From Candidatus Multivoradales bacterium (GTDB lineage: Bacteria; Acidobacteriota; Thermoanaerobaculia; Multivoradales; Multivoraceae), in assembly GCA_965223325.1 (NCBI GenBank), contig CBDCWI010000001.1, positions 1,440,001-1,504,000 on the forward strand: a DNA stretch of 64,000 bases. The letters run 5' to 3'. Below are positions 1 through 9,703 of the stretch, one piece after another. Every line of letters begins with the position of its first letter. The stretch's first letter is position 1. Made by a program: the position numbers and the translations under genes. The notes below the pieces were generated by a model. The model made no database searches. It saw only the letters and a program-made list of their open reading frames with translations, and was not told the origin of the DNA.

Positions 1-138
1 GGCCATTGGGGTAGCCGCGTCTTCCGTCGAGGTGGTTGATTCGCCCTCGCCGGAACATGCAGCGATAACGAGGACAGAGAACAGCACGATCACCGCAGTC
101 GTTGCGGCCGGTGAGACAGAGTGGATCTTCTTGGACAC
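1..138 (-). CDS. Lipoprotein, 5' part only (runs off window start)
   Basis: Manual translation from GTG at 138 (AGGAG SD upstream): MSKKIHSVSPAATTAVIVLFSVLVIAA-C-SGEGESTTS...; hydrophobic leader with IAAC lipobox; frame open to position 1. Confidence 0.7.
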   Translation of the reverse strand, partial: MSKKIHSVSPAATTAVIVLFSVLVIAACSGEGESTTSTEDAATPMA

Positions 139-153
139 GGTGAGTCTCCTCTA

Positions 154-630
154 CTAGGGGAGGGGCGACGATAGCTGAAGCACGTTGCCTTCAGGGTCGC
201 TGAGTTGAAGGATGTAGATCCCGTACGGCTCGAAGGACACAACGTTTGGACGCTCGCCGGTGGCTTTCTCGACCCGATCAGCGATGTGTCGGACATCTGG
301 AACCGCAGAGCCCACCTTGAACAATCCAAGAGGACGCCCAGCGTCCTGCGCACGGTTGTCTCGAACGATCTCGACAGCGAGGTGCTCGTTCGCGAGATTG
401 ACGAAGCGCCAGGACCCGTCATCGGCATCTGACCCATCGACCTCGCGCAACCCCAACGCGGTGCGGTACCAGTCGACAGCTCCATCGACGTCCACCACCC
501 TGACGGCGAAGTACCAGGGAGCCTGAGGTGCAGTAGCCCACGCCCCGCTCCCCTCCTCAGCCTGACCCGGAGCCGCGATGAAGAAGATGAGGGCGCCGAA
601 CCAATGAGAAATGATGGCGAGATATCTCAT
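154..630 (-). CDS. VOC/glyoxalase family protein with signal peptide
   Basis: AVRVVDVDGAVDWYRTALGL and SDPEGNVLQL are typical VOC motifs; N-terminal hydrophobic leader; AGGA SD. Confidence 0.85.
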   Translation of the reverse strand: MRYLAIISHWFGALIFFIAAPGQAEEGSGAWATAPQAPWYFAVRVVDVDGAVDWYRTALGLREVDGSDADDGSWRFVNLANEHLAVEIVRDNRAQDAGRPLGLFKVGSAVPDVRHIADRVEKATGERPNVVSFEPYGIYILQLSDPEGNVLQLSSPLP

Positions 631-715
631 CGGTTTCGTCCTCCTACTGCTGCCTTGGCTGGGCCCGGCCTTTGGTCTTGCGCCTCGTTCACGAGATCGC
701 TAGCGCGAGCGCGGC

Positions 716-2860
716 TCAGGCTTCGGGCAGTCGGGGTAGTCGCTCGAACCCCAGTTGGTCCTCGGTTTCGAGGACGAGAAGCGCAAGCCGCCCGAACAGG
801 CGCTGGCGCGTTTCAGCGCTCAGCTCGAGAGTCGCCTCGAGTGCCTGGGTTATCGCGCCGACGTCCTCCTTGAGGACTGCACCCGGTGAGCACGCATCAG
901 CCATCGAGATGCCATCCTGGGCGTGCTCTAACGGATAGGGAACGTCCCGGAGCAAGCCGCGGAACAAGATGATCTTGTTGTATGCACGCGCGCAGCTTTC
1001 AAGCAGGTGTTGAGCCACCAACTCGCTCTGCTTCTCCTGGAATCGTGGCAAGAGCACAGAGAGCACGCAGTACTCCTCACAAAGGCTGGGAATGAATTCA
1101 TGGGCGGCTTCGAGAGCCGCCGCTGCGCGGTAGAGATCTCTGCCATCGGAGCGAAGCGACAGAGCTAGAACTAGACGCGACGCGGCAAGTTCTTCGCTGG
1201 GTAGCAACTTGGGAGCGAGCTCTTCGAGACGCTTCAGCCCCGCGGCCCGATCGGCGAGCATCGTCGAGGCGGCAGCGTCTTCGATGCCGAAGTCCTTGGC
1301 GGAGACCCGGAGCCTGGCGTTGTGCAACGCTTCGATCTGCGCGTCTCGTAGCAGTCGGGTTTGCACCTCGACCCATTCTGCGAGGTTCTTGGCGTAGCCT
1401 TCGCGGCGAGAAAAGAGCTCGCTCCTTATCTCTGCCAGCCGCGCTCGAAGGCTCGCTGTGACCTCCTCTCTGCCGTCCAGTTCCGGCAGGGCCATTCTTC
1501 GCGACTGCGAGCGCTCGCTCTGCAAAAGGGCCAAACCGGCCTCGAACTCCTGCCGCCATGCCTGGTCCCGGTCGACCACTGAAGATAGCGGGCGAAGGGC
1601 CTCGGCACGCACCTCTTCGCCGAGGACGGCGTGAAAGAAGTCGAGCGAAGTGGCCCGGCAGAGGGCATCAAAGTCCCGGAAGAGAACGTTTGCTCCCAGA
1701 TCCGACGAGAAGACACCCACCTCCCCTTCGCGCAGCGCGCTGGCGATTCGATCTGCGTCAGCTGGATGCGTTGCGAAGAGCTCGGTTTCCGCCTCGTCGA
1801 CATGGAGATCGATCTCGCGCAGCGTTTCTTCCGCCAGGCTTACCCGTCGCCAGGCAACGAGTTTCGGAAGATTGTCGACAAGCTCGCCCTCACGCCACGA
1901 GGTCTCGAGATCATTGAGCGACCACTGAAAGGCAACCCCTAGCCGTGAGAGCTCACGACAGGTCGACTCGAAAGTCGACGAGCCCACCAACCGAGCTTCG
2001 TGGCGATCGGCGTCGTACTCCATCTGGCGCAACATGAAACCACTGATCAGATTGCCGATCATCATCAGGCCCCAAAGCACCCGACGGGTGAGCCAGACGA
2101 AGAAGCGAGCGATGTGCACCGAGATGACGATTAGGATCAAGAAGCCTTCGCGCGCAGCCGTCTCGAGCGCCGCGTCCCAGGAGTCACGCTCGTAGACCAC
2201 CCTCATGAACCAGCGGTTGATCGAACGGATCACATAGGTGAGGCGCATCCCCGCCTTCTGGGAAAAGTGGCCGAATTCATGCGCCAGCACACCGGCAAGC
2301 TGCTCGAGGGTGAGGCCGGCAACAAGGGGCAGACCCAGCGTCAGGACGAGATCACTCGAGACCAGGCTGGCGACCCCGCGGCGAAAGCTCGCCGAGGCGT
2401 TGATCTGTGAATCGACGTCGATGCGCGACGGTGCGGGAGCACCTACCGCAGCGCAGACGCGCTCTACAAAAGCAAAGAGCAGCGGCTCTTCTCGAGGGTC
2501 GAGCGAGCGGGGATTCGCCGTTTCACGCCGCGGCGCGAACACGGGCTTGATCATGAACAGGACCAGCACAATCCCGACGAGCAGCGGCCCGATGTAGAGG
2601 AAGGCCCCCACCTGCACCGAACTCGAGGACCCGAGAACCGCGTGGTTCTGGGTTGCGTGCACGAAGACGGCGTAGGAGACGAGGCAGATCAGCCCGACGT
2701 AGACGAGCGGCAGGAGCACCATCCCCAAGGCGACCACTGCGAGGCCCAGCCGGTAGACCCAGGGTTCTTTGACGGGCTCGATAGCGCCGGTGAAGGACCC
2801 GAGAATCGCGTCGCGAAGCGCCGGGCCATACTCGACTTGTGTTGACCGTTCCGAGGTCAC
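716..2860 (-). CDS. M48 family membrane metalloprotease with long C-terminal helical extension
   Basis: HEFGH zinc motif, EYDADR third ligand, ATHP motif, several TM segments; start GTG ~2860 inferred. Confidence 0.85.
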   Translation of the reverse strand: MTSERSTQVEYGPALRDAILGSFTGAIEPVKEPWVYRLGLAVVALGMVLLPLVYVGLICLVSYAVFVHATQNHAVLGSSSSVQVGAFLYIGPLLVGIVLVLFMIKPVFAPRRETANPRSLDPREEPLLFAFVERVCAAVGAPAPSRIDVDSQINASASFRRGVASLVSSDLVLTLGLPLVAGLTLEQLAGVLAHEFGHFSQKAGMRLTYVIRSINRWFMRVVYERDSWDAALETAAREGFLILIVISVHIARFFVWLTRRVLWGLMMIGNLISGFMLRQMEYDADRHEARLVGSSTFESTCRELSRLGVAFQWSLNDLETSWREGELVDNLPKLVAWRRVSLAEETLREIDLHVDEAETELFATHPADADRIASALREGEVGVFSSDLGANVLFRDFDALCRATSLDFFHAVLGEEVRAEALRPLSSVVDRDQAWRQEFEAGLALLQSERSQSRRMALPELDGREEVTASLRARLAEIRSELFSRREGYAKNLAEWVEVQTRLLRDAQIEALHNARLRVSAKDFGIEDAAASTMLADRAAGLKRLEELAPKLLPSEELAASRLVLALSLRSDGRDLYRAAAALEAAHEFIPSLCEEYCVLSVLLPRFQEKQSELVAQHLLESCARAYNKIILFRGLLRDVPYPLEHAQDGISMADACSPGAVLKEDVGAITQALEATLELSAETRQRLFGRLALLVLETEDQLGFERLPRLPEA

Positions 2861-3095
2861 CAACCCCCCTGACTCATGAGCCCATCGGGCCCACTCTAGA
2901 GTTGCAATTCTCACTGATTCGCAGAGCTCGGTCCAACCGCGAGGCTCATCAGGACGCCAGCCTCTGGCCCGGCACAAGGTGCCGCGGCCTTTGAACCCAC
3001 CGAGGCCCTGGGCGCTCGAGCACTAATCACCGAGTGCCGAGCGACCTGGAGAAGGGCGGCCCTCCGCGGCGCAGCAATCGATCCAGTCAACCGCC

Positions 3096-3128
3096 AGCGG
3101 GCGGCGGGTTCGACCCCCGCCGCCCGCT
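3096..3128 (-). terminator. Perfect 13-bp GC hairpin just downstream of the beta-helix gene
   Basis: AGCGGGCGGCGGG-N7-CCCGCCGCCCGCT; no clear U-tract on the minus strand. Confidence 0.5.
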
Positions 3129-3143
3129 TTCGGTACCTCCTGA

Positions 3144-3995
3144 TCAGGGCACGAAGGAGACGTTGCCGCCGCCGTCGGCGCAGCCCTGGAGGGCACTTTG
3201 GTAGCCGATCGCATGGTTGCCAGTGCACAGGGGCCGCGAGTTGAGCGCCGACCAGACGACGCCAGCGTATCCGTCACCGGAAACGTTGTTGTCGCGAACG
3301 AGTGCTGCATCGTCGAGCCAGATCGGAGCGCTAGACGCATTCGTGGCGACGACACCGGAGATGTCGTTGCGAGCCATGACTCCGCCCCGCGAGTTCAGAT
3401 AGATGCCAACCGATTGGGCCTGCCCTTTGTGCTCAACGCCCCGAATCTCATTGTCTTCGATCCGCGCGTGGGGACCCTGGACGGCAATGGCGCGCGAGTA
3501 GATTCCGTTGGGTGCGCCGGTGTTGAAGACGTTGGAACGCCGCACCGTATGGCCCGTACCGGACATGAAGATCCCCATGCGGCGACAGGAATCGACGGTG
3601 AGATCCTCGACGAGGTGGTTGCTGCTCCCAGCGCTGGGCAGACCAACGCCGGTACCGAAGGCACGGATGGTTCCGTTGCGGACGGTGACGTTGCGTAGTG
3701 TCTTGGTCGTTCTGACTCCAGCCGCGGTGTTTTGAGGACCAGCCAGATTGGCGATGCGATAGCCGCCCAGATCGACGACAACGTTGCTGGTGTTGACATT
3801 CACCGCTTCCCCGGACTCGAGATTTACGGCGTGGTTCTGGTCGAGGCAGTAGTGACCTGCACTCGTGATGATGGTCGGCAACTCGGTGATCACGATGCAA
3901 TCCGACGCTGCTGCAGGTGATACAGAGGCGAATGAGAGCCCGACGAGGGCGGTAGCGTGGGCTAGGCGGCGAACGGTAAGGGCAAGAGGAAACAT
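3144..3995 (-). CDS. Secreted right-handed parallel beta-helix repeat protein
   Basis: Signal peptide (..SPAAA/S), LPTIITSAGHYCL, NVVVDLGGY, NVTVRNGTIRAF and repeated V..N.I units; ATG 3995 with GGAG SD. Confidence 0.8.
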   Translation of the reverse strand: MFPLALTVRRLAHATALVGLSFASVSPAAASDCIVITELPTIITSAGHYCLDQNHAVNLESGEAVNVNTSNVVVDLGGYRIANLAGPQNTAAGVRTTKTLRNVTVRNGTIRAFGTGVGLPSAGSSNHLVEDLTVDSCRRMGIFMSGTGHTVRRSNVFNTGAPNGIYSRAIAVQGPHARIEDNEIRGVEHKGQAQSVGIYLNSRGGVMARNDISGVVATNASSAPIWLDDAALVRDNNVSGDGYAGVVWSALNSRPLCTGNHAIGYQSALQGCADGGGNVSFVP

Positions 3996-4578
3996 TTCAA
4001 ACTCCATAAAGAGAAATGAGGGTGAACCAAGAGCAGCACTGATCACGATGGCCAGGTGTCTTGGTAGAGGGGCCACCAGTGCAACGCGTGTGCCATTATC
4101 AATGTATGAATATTTCATCGCGACTTCCAACAGTTCTTGAATCGTGTTCGTCCCATTTAAACAACGCCGTCGTCCTTCCAGCGAGACAGCCAGGTTCACC
4201 TAGAGACTCTTAAAACCTCCAAAGCTATTTTCCGAACCGACCGCCAACCACTCCTTCATCGCAGCCTCAGAACGCGGAACGAACGACGAGGAAGTACGAG
4301 GCGAGAGCGCCGAGACTCCGGGTCGGCAGAGTCGGAGCTTGATCAACGAACCCCTCGCTAGCGGATCGGCATCCACGGCCTGGTTCATGGTGGCCACCGT
4401 CTCGGTGCACCAGGGTCTTCTACTCGCCAGGATCTTGCTTGATCAGAACCCCTCCAGCCGACCACGGGGTTGCTGGATTGCGAACCATCGGGCGCGCCAA
4501 CGCGTACGAGTGCGAGAAGGAGTGACCTGAAGAGTCGGGGTCGCTTTGAGCAATTCGGTCATAATGGACGTTCAACCT

Positions 4579-5454
4579 ATGCCTACCCAACCGAATCCGA
4601 AGAGCGCTCCGACGGGCGACGCCGCGCCCTATCCGAGAAGCCTCGGCGCGCTACCCGATGGCGTGTTGCGCGCGGGCCGCTTCGAGGCGCGTTTCGCACG
4701 CACCGGGGAAGAGCTCGATCGCCTCCTACGACTGCGCTTTGAAGTGTTCAACCTCGAACTCGACGAAGGTCTCGAAAGCTCCTGGGCAACGGCGCGCGAC
4801 GAGGACCCCTTCGACGCGCAGTGCCACCACCTCCTGGTCGAAGACACCTCAACCCTGAGAATTCTCGGTACCTACCGCCTGCAGACCGCTCAGATGGCGG
4901 AGGCTGGAATGGGTTTCTACTCGGCGGCGGAGTACGACCTCGGCGGAATCCCCTCCTCAGTGATGGACTCGTCCGTCGAAATCGGGCGGGCCTGCATCGA
5001 TCGGCGCCACCGCAATCGTCAGGTTCTCTTCCTCCTATGGCGCGGGCTGGCGCGCTACATGACCTGGAACGACAAGCGCTACTTCTTCGGCTGCTCTTCT
5101 CTGACCAGCCAGGACCCGCGCGAGGGCTGGCAGTTGTTCGAGCAACTCAAGGAACGCGGAACGCTCCATCCGTCGATCCTGCTCGATGTGAACCCTGAGT
5201 TCGCCTGCAAGAAACCCGAGTCGGGCGGGTATGGCGAAACGGTCGAGATCCCACAGCTGTTTAAAACCTACCTGCGCTACGGCGCACGCGTCTGCAGCGC
5301 TCCGGCACTCGATCGTGAGTTCAAGACCATCGACTACTTGATGCTCTTCGACCGCGAGGCAGCTTCGGCGCGCACGGTGCAGATCTTCTTCGACCAATCG
5401 ACCGCGCCCGGCTTCGGGCGCGACCCCAGGAGCGGTGGGGCCGCCGTCACCTGA
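4579..5454 (+). CDS. OlsB-like GNAT N-acyltransferase (ornithine/amino-acid N-acyltransferase)
   Basis: RLRFEVF, DEDPFD..CHHL, GTYRL, FYSAAEYDL, EIGRAC, FGCSS, P.LFKTYLRYGA.VC..PA.D.EF motifs; start uncertain (4546-4579). Confidence 0.85.
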   Translation: MPTQPNPKSAPTGDAAPYPRSLGALPDGVLRAGRFEARFARTGEELDRLLRLRFEVFNLELDEGLESSWATARDEDPFDAQCHHLLVEDTSTLRILGTYRLQTAQMAEAGMGFYSAAEYDLGGIPSSVMDSSVEIGRACIDRRHRNRQVLFLLWRGLARYMTWNDKRYFFGCSSLTSQDPREGWQLFEQLKERGTLHPSILLDVNPEFACKKPESGGYGETVEIPQLFKTYLRYGARVCSAPALDREFKTIDYLMLFDREAASARTVQIFFDQSTAPGFGRDPRSGGAAVT

Positions 5455-5463
5455 CCTCTTCCG

Positions 5464-6375
5464 ATGGTCGACAGCCCTCTCTCACCCCGACTCGATCCAT
5501 CGGTTCCGGTTCCGCCGGGCCACGAGTTCGCACCCGGCGCAGACGACGTGATGGCGTCGCCGCACCGACTGTCGTGGCTACGCGTGCCGCATCGGATCGT
5601 GATCGCCGCCAGCGTATCGATCGCATCGGCGGCGATCCTGACGCTATGCCGACCAATCGGCGCCATTTCGAGACCAGCACTATTGGCGGTGCGGCGCTTC
5701 GTCTACCGAAGCTGGGGTAACACCCTTTGTTGGGTCCTCGGAGTTCGGGTCGAGACCGTCGGGCAACCTCCCACACGACCCTTCCTCCTGGTATCGAATC
5801 ACCTCTCCTATCTCGACATCCCGCTCCTGGCCTCGATTCGGCCCGCTCGCTACGTTGCCAAGGTGGAAATCAGTTCCTGGCCGTTGGTTGGCTGGATGTG
5901 CCGAAGCGTTGACACGGTCTTCGTCGACCGTTCCTCCCGACGTGACGTCGTGCGCGTTGCCCAGGAAATGCGCCGCGCACTCGACGAAGGCGACGGAGTC
6001 GTCTTGTTCGCCGAAGGAACCAGCACACGCGGAGACGCCGTCGCACCGTTTCAGGCACCGCTTCTGGCATCTGCCAGTCGCACCGGTGAACCGGTGCACG
6101 CGGTTGCAGTGCGCTACGAAGTCGCAGACGATCAAGTGCCAGCCGACCGCTCGGTGTCGTGGTGGGGCGGCATGCCCTTCGGCAGTCACATCATCCAGCT
6201 CCTGCGCCTGCCGCGGATCGATGCCCGGGTGACCTACGCACCCAACCCCGCCACCGACCAGGATCGCAAACAGCTGGCGCGCGCCCTCCAGGCACAGGTC
6301 GAGGAGCTCTTCGAGCCGATGACCGATCAACCAACGTTCGTCGCGGCGGAGCACGATCATCCCGACTCCGTCTGA
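5464..6375 (+). CDS. PlsC/OlsA-like lysophospholipid/lyso-aminolipid acyltransferase
   Basis: NHLSYLD (HX4D), FVDR, FAEGT motifs; directly after olsB-like gene. Confidence 0.88.
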   Translation: MVDSPLSPRLDPSVPVPPGHEFAPGADDVMASPHRLSWLRVPHRIVIAASVSIASAAILTLCRPIGAISRPALLAVRRFVYRSWGNTLCWVLGVRVETVGQPPTRPFLLVSNHLSYLDIPLLASIRPARYVAKVEISSWPLVGWMCRSVDTVFVDRSSRRDVVRVAQEMRRALDEGDGVVLFAEGTSTRGDAVAPFQAPLLASASRTGEPVHAVAVRYEVADDQVPADRSVSWWGGMPFGSHIIQLLRLPRIDARVTYAPNPATDQDRKQLARALQAQVEELFEPMTDQPTFVAAEHDHPDSV

Positions 6376-6430
6376 GCCGGCGGCTCCGGAGACGATACCC
6401 GAACCACGATCGCGGCGCCGCCGCCTGCTG

Positions 6431-9043
6431 GTGCGGCTGGCGACCGTCTACTTGACGTTGCTGGCAGCGTCTTACGTCGTCCGCTGGATCAACCCGTCTG
6501 CACCCCCTCTGCCAACTGGCCAGACCATGCCAATCGCCGAGATGACTGTCGATGGCGACCGCATCGTGCCCACCGGGCGCGAGATCACGCTGGCCTGGCA
6601 GGGCTGGGACGGCGGGCCGACGGCCGGCCCCAATGCTCCCCCAGAGCGCATGGAGAAGACGCCGGTGGTTTTCCTGCACGGTTCGCCGGGAGGAGCAGGC
6701 AACTTCTGGCTGATGATCGGATCGTCGGTTTCTCGGAGGCGAGCGATCGCGCCAGATCTGCCGGGCTTTGGAGCCTCTGAACACCGAGTTGCCGACTACA
6801 GCATTCGCGCGCACGCCGCCGAGGTTTTCGACTGGCTCGATCGACTGGGCGTCGATCGGGTTCACCTGGTGGGTTTCTCGATGGGTGGCGGGGTCGGCCT
6901 CGAGATGGTCCGTCAACAGGAAGAACGAGTCGCCTCGCTGGCCCTGCTTGCCTCGATCGGAGTCCAGGAGCTCGAGCTGTTTGGCAACTATCGCCTCAAC
7001 CACCTGCTGCACGGCCTTCAACTTGGGGCCATCTGGGCCGCCGGGGCACTCACCCCGCATTTTGGACTGTTCGACCAGACGTTTCTCGACCGCTCGTACG
7101 CGCGCAACTTCTACGACACCGACCAACGACCCTTGCGCTCGGTGCTGCAGAAAATCGAGGTGCCGGTCCTGATCATCCACGGCAAACGTGACCCACTGGT
7201 TCCGGTTGCAGCGGCCGAGGAACACGCCCGGTTGGCTCCCCAGGCGGAGCTGGTCGTTCGAGAAGACAGTCACTTCTTCGTCTTCTCCGGGGAAACAGCG
7301 ACCGCAGTCGGCGAGCAGGTGGCTGCGTTTCACGAGCGCGTCGACCGTGGCGAGGCGAGAACCCGAAACGATGTGTCTGCGGTCGAACGCCAACGTGCCC
7401 TGGAAGAGATGGACCCTTCGATTGCAGCCCCCTTTACCGGACCGGCCCTCCTGGCGCTGGTCTTGTTGCTCGCCGCGAGCACAATGATCAGCGAAGACCT
7501 GACCTGCATCGTCGCAGGGCTCCTGGTGGCTCAGGGTCGCATCGAATTGTTACCGGCAACGCTGGCCTGCCTGGCCGGGATCACGGTCGGCGACATGGCG
7601 CTGTTCATGGCCGGGCGTTGGTTCGGGCGACCGTTGCTTTCGCTGCCGCCTCTTCGATGGTGGATAACCCGCGACGCATTCGAGCGCTCGAGTGCCTGGC
7701 TTCGGTCCCGCGGCCCGCTGGTCATCGTCATGTCGCGCTTTACACCGGGCCTACGACTGCCGACCTACGTCGCAGCCGGTGTCCTGCGTACTTCGTTCTG
7801 GCTCTTCAGCCTCTACTTTCTACTGGCCGCCAGCTTGTGGACACCGATTCTCGTGTTCGTCGCCAGTCGACTCGGTGCTGACGCGTTGGAGCGCTTCGAA
7901 GGAGTCGAGTGGGCACTACCGCTGATCGCGATCTCGCTATTGGTCGCTCTGATCGTGGCGCGCAAGCTGGTGCTGCCATTGCTCACACATCGCGGCCGCC
8001 GCACTCTCGTTGGGCGCTGGCTGCGCCTGAAGCGCTTCGAGTTCTGGCCGATCGGCATCTTCTACCTGCCCCTCCTGCCATGGTTCGTAGGCCAGGCGAT
8101 CAAACACAAGAGCTGGACGGTCTTCACAGCGGTCAACCCCATGATGCCGGCTGGGGGCTTCATCGGCGAGTCGAAGAAGGAAATCTTCACCGCGCTCGGG
8201 CCGTCGGCCCACGTGCCGCCGTGGTCGACGATTCCCAGGGGCGCCACAGTCGACCAGGCAGTTCAGGACGTCGAGCGCTTTCGGACCGAACAGGAGCTCG
8301 AGTGGCCGCTGATCCTCAAGCCCGACGCGGGTCAGCGTGGTCAGGGCGTCTCGCTTGTCGCATCGACAGAAGAGGTTCGCCAGTACTTCGAGCGCCGCGA
8401 GCGCTCGCTGACTCTGGTGCAGAAGTACGTCGGTGGCGTCGAGTATGGGGTCTTCTGGTACCGGCTGCCTGGAGAGGAAAGAGGGCGAGTGTTCTCCATC
8501 ACCGAGAAAGAGGTACCCAGAGTCACCGGTGACGGGCAGCGCTCGATTGCTGATCTGGTGCTTGATCATCCGCGCTTCGTCGCCCTGGCGACGGTTTACC
8601 TGCGCGACCTCGGCGAACGCGCCCAGCGGGTTCCCGCGGCCGGCGAGGTGGTGAGCATCCAGGAAATCGGTGCCCACTCGAGAGGGACGGTGTTCAAAAG
8701 TGGTACTCACCACCTGACGCCGCAGTTGGCAGATGCCATCGAACAGGTCTCGCTCGAGTGTGAGGGCTTCGACTTCGGGCGCTATGACGTGCGCGTTCCG
8801 TCGCTCGAGCACTTGCGAAGCGGCCAGCAGCTCTCGGTCATCGAACTCAACGGAGTGACGTCGGAGTCAACCGACCTCTACGACCCTCTCAATTCTCTTC
8901 TCGACGCCTATCGGATCTTACTGCGTCAGTGGCAAGTGGCATTCGAGATCGGCGCACGTCGTCGTGCCCTCGGCCACCGACCGGCGAGTCCTCTGAGCCT
9001 GCTGCGCGCCTGGATGAAGTTCCGGCGGGGTGAACCCATCTGA
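6431..9043 (+). CDS. Tri-domain fusion: alpha/beta hydrolase + DedA(VTT) membrane domain + ATP-grasp ligase
   Basis: HGSPG, GFSMGG, HGKRD, DSH triad; EDLTCIVAGLL, GD..LF.AGR, SRFTPGLR DedA motifs; LKPDAGQRGQGV, VQKYV, GRYDVR, IELNG ATP-grasp motifs. Confidence 0.85.
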   Translation: MRLATVYLTLLAASYVVRWINPSAPPLPTGQTMPIAEMTVDGDRIVPTGREITLAWQGWDGGPTAGPNAPPERMEKTPVVFLHGSPGGAGNFWLMIGSSVSRRRAIAPDLPGFGASEHRVADYSIRAHAAEVFDWLDRLGVDRVHLVGFSMGGGVGLEMVRQQEERVASLALLASIGVQELELFGNYRLNHLLHGLQLGAIWAAGALTPHFGLFDQTFLDRSYARNFYDTDQRPLRSVLQKIEVPVLIIHGKRDPLVPVAAAEEHARLAPQAELVVREDSHFFVFSGETATAVGEQVAAFHERVDRGEARTRNDVSAVERQRALEEMDPSIAAPFTGPALLALVLLLAASTMISEDLTCIVAGLLVAQGRIELLPATLACLAGITVGDMALFMAGRWFGRPLLSLPPLRWWITRDAFERSSAWLRSRGPLVIVMSRFTPGLRLPTYVAAGVLRTSFWLFSLYFLLAASLWTPILVFVASRLGADALERFEGVEWALPLIAISLLVALIVARKLVLPLLTHRGRRTLVGRWLRLKRFEFWPIGIFYLPLLPWFVGQAIKHKSWTVFTAVNPMMPAGGFIGESKKEIFTALGPSAHVPPWSTIPRGATVDQAVQDVERFRTEQELEWPLILKPDAGQRGQGVSLVASTEEVRQYFERRERSLTLVQKYVGGVEYGVFWYRLPGEERGRVFSITEKEVPRVTGDGQRSIADLVLDHPRFVALATVYLRDLGERAQRVPAAGEVVSIQEIGAHSRGTVFKSGTHHLTPQLADAIEQVSLECEGFDFGRYDVRVPSLEHLRSGQQLSVIELNGVTSESTDLYDPLNSLLDAYRILLRQWQVAFEIGARRRALGHRPASPLSLLRAWMKFRRGEPI

Positions 9044-9097
9044 GCACGGGCCTCGGCGCGGCCACCTCGACCCGGTCGGCCCGCACCCCGAAACCCG

Positions 9098-9703
9098 GTG
9101 ACAAAACCTCGCCCCACACGAAGTCGTGGTCCTCGCTATAGTGCAGAGGTGCGCCTAAGACCGGCCGTGCGCGCCGACCTCCCCGCCAGCCGTGAGCTGA
9201 TCGTCGGCATCCTCGCCGAATTCGGAATCGCCGAGGATCCGGAAGGGGCGGATCGTGACCTGGCTGACCCTGAGATCTTCTTCAACGGCACCGCGTTTGC
9301 GGAAGTCGTCGAGGGAACCGAAGGTGGCATCCTGGGCTTCGTCGGGTTGACGGTCGACCAGACGATGCACCAGGCCAGGCTCCGCAAGCTCTACCTTGCG
9401 AAGGCGTTACGCGGCACCGGCCTCGGCCGCCGTTTGTTGCAGCGCGCCGAGTGCTGGGCGCGCGAGCAGGGCTGCACGACGGTGATTCTCGAAACGTCGT
9501 CACGGCTGGATCGCGCCCTCGCCCTCTATCGCGAGGCGGGTTATCAGCCGGCGCCCGCCTGCGCTCAGTCATCGTCCTGTGACTGCGATCTTGTTCTCCA
9601 GAAGGTCCTCGACCGACACTGCCTGCGCGCCGTTTCCGCTGACCACCGAGCAGCGAGTGGCGAGGAAGAAAAACGCTCTCCGACCTCGCGGAGGAACCGG
9701 TGA
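9098..9703 (+). CDS. GNAT family N-acetyltransferase
   Basis: LRKLYL...RGTGLGRRLL acetyl-CoA motif, A.ALYREAGY; start may be GTG ~9149. Confidence 0.85.
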   Translation: MTKPRPTRSRGPRYSAEVRLRPAVRADLPASRELIVGILAEFGIAEDPEGADRDLADPEIFFNGTAFAEVVEGTEGGILGFVGLTVDQTMHQARLRKLYLAKALRGTGLGRRLLQRAECWAREQGCTTVILETSSRLDRALALYREAGYQPAPACAQSSSCDCDLVLQKVLDRHCLRAVSADHRAASGEEEKRSPTSRRNR

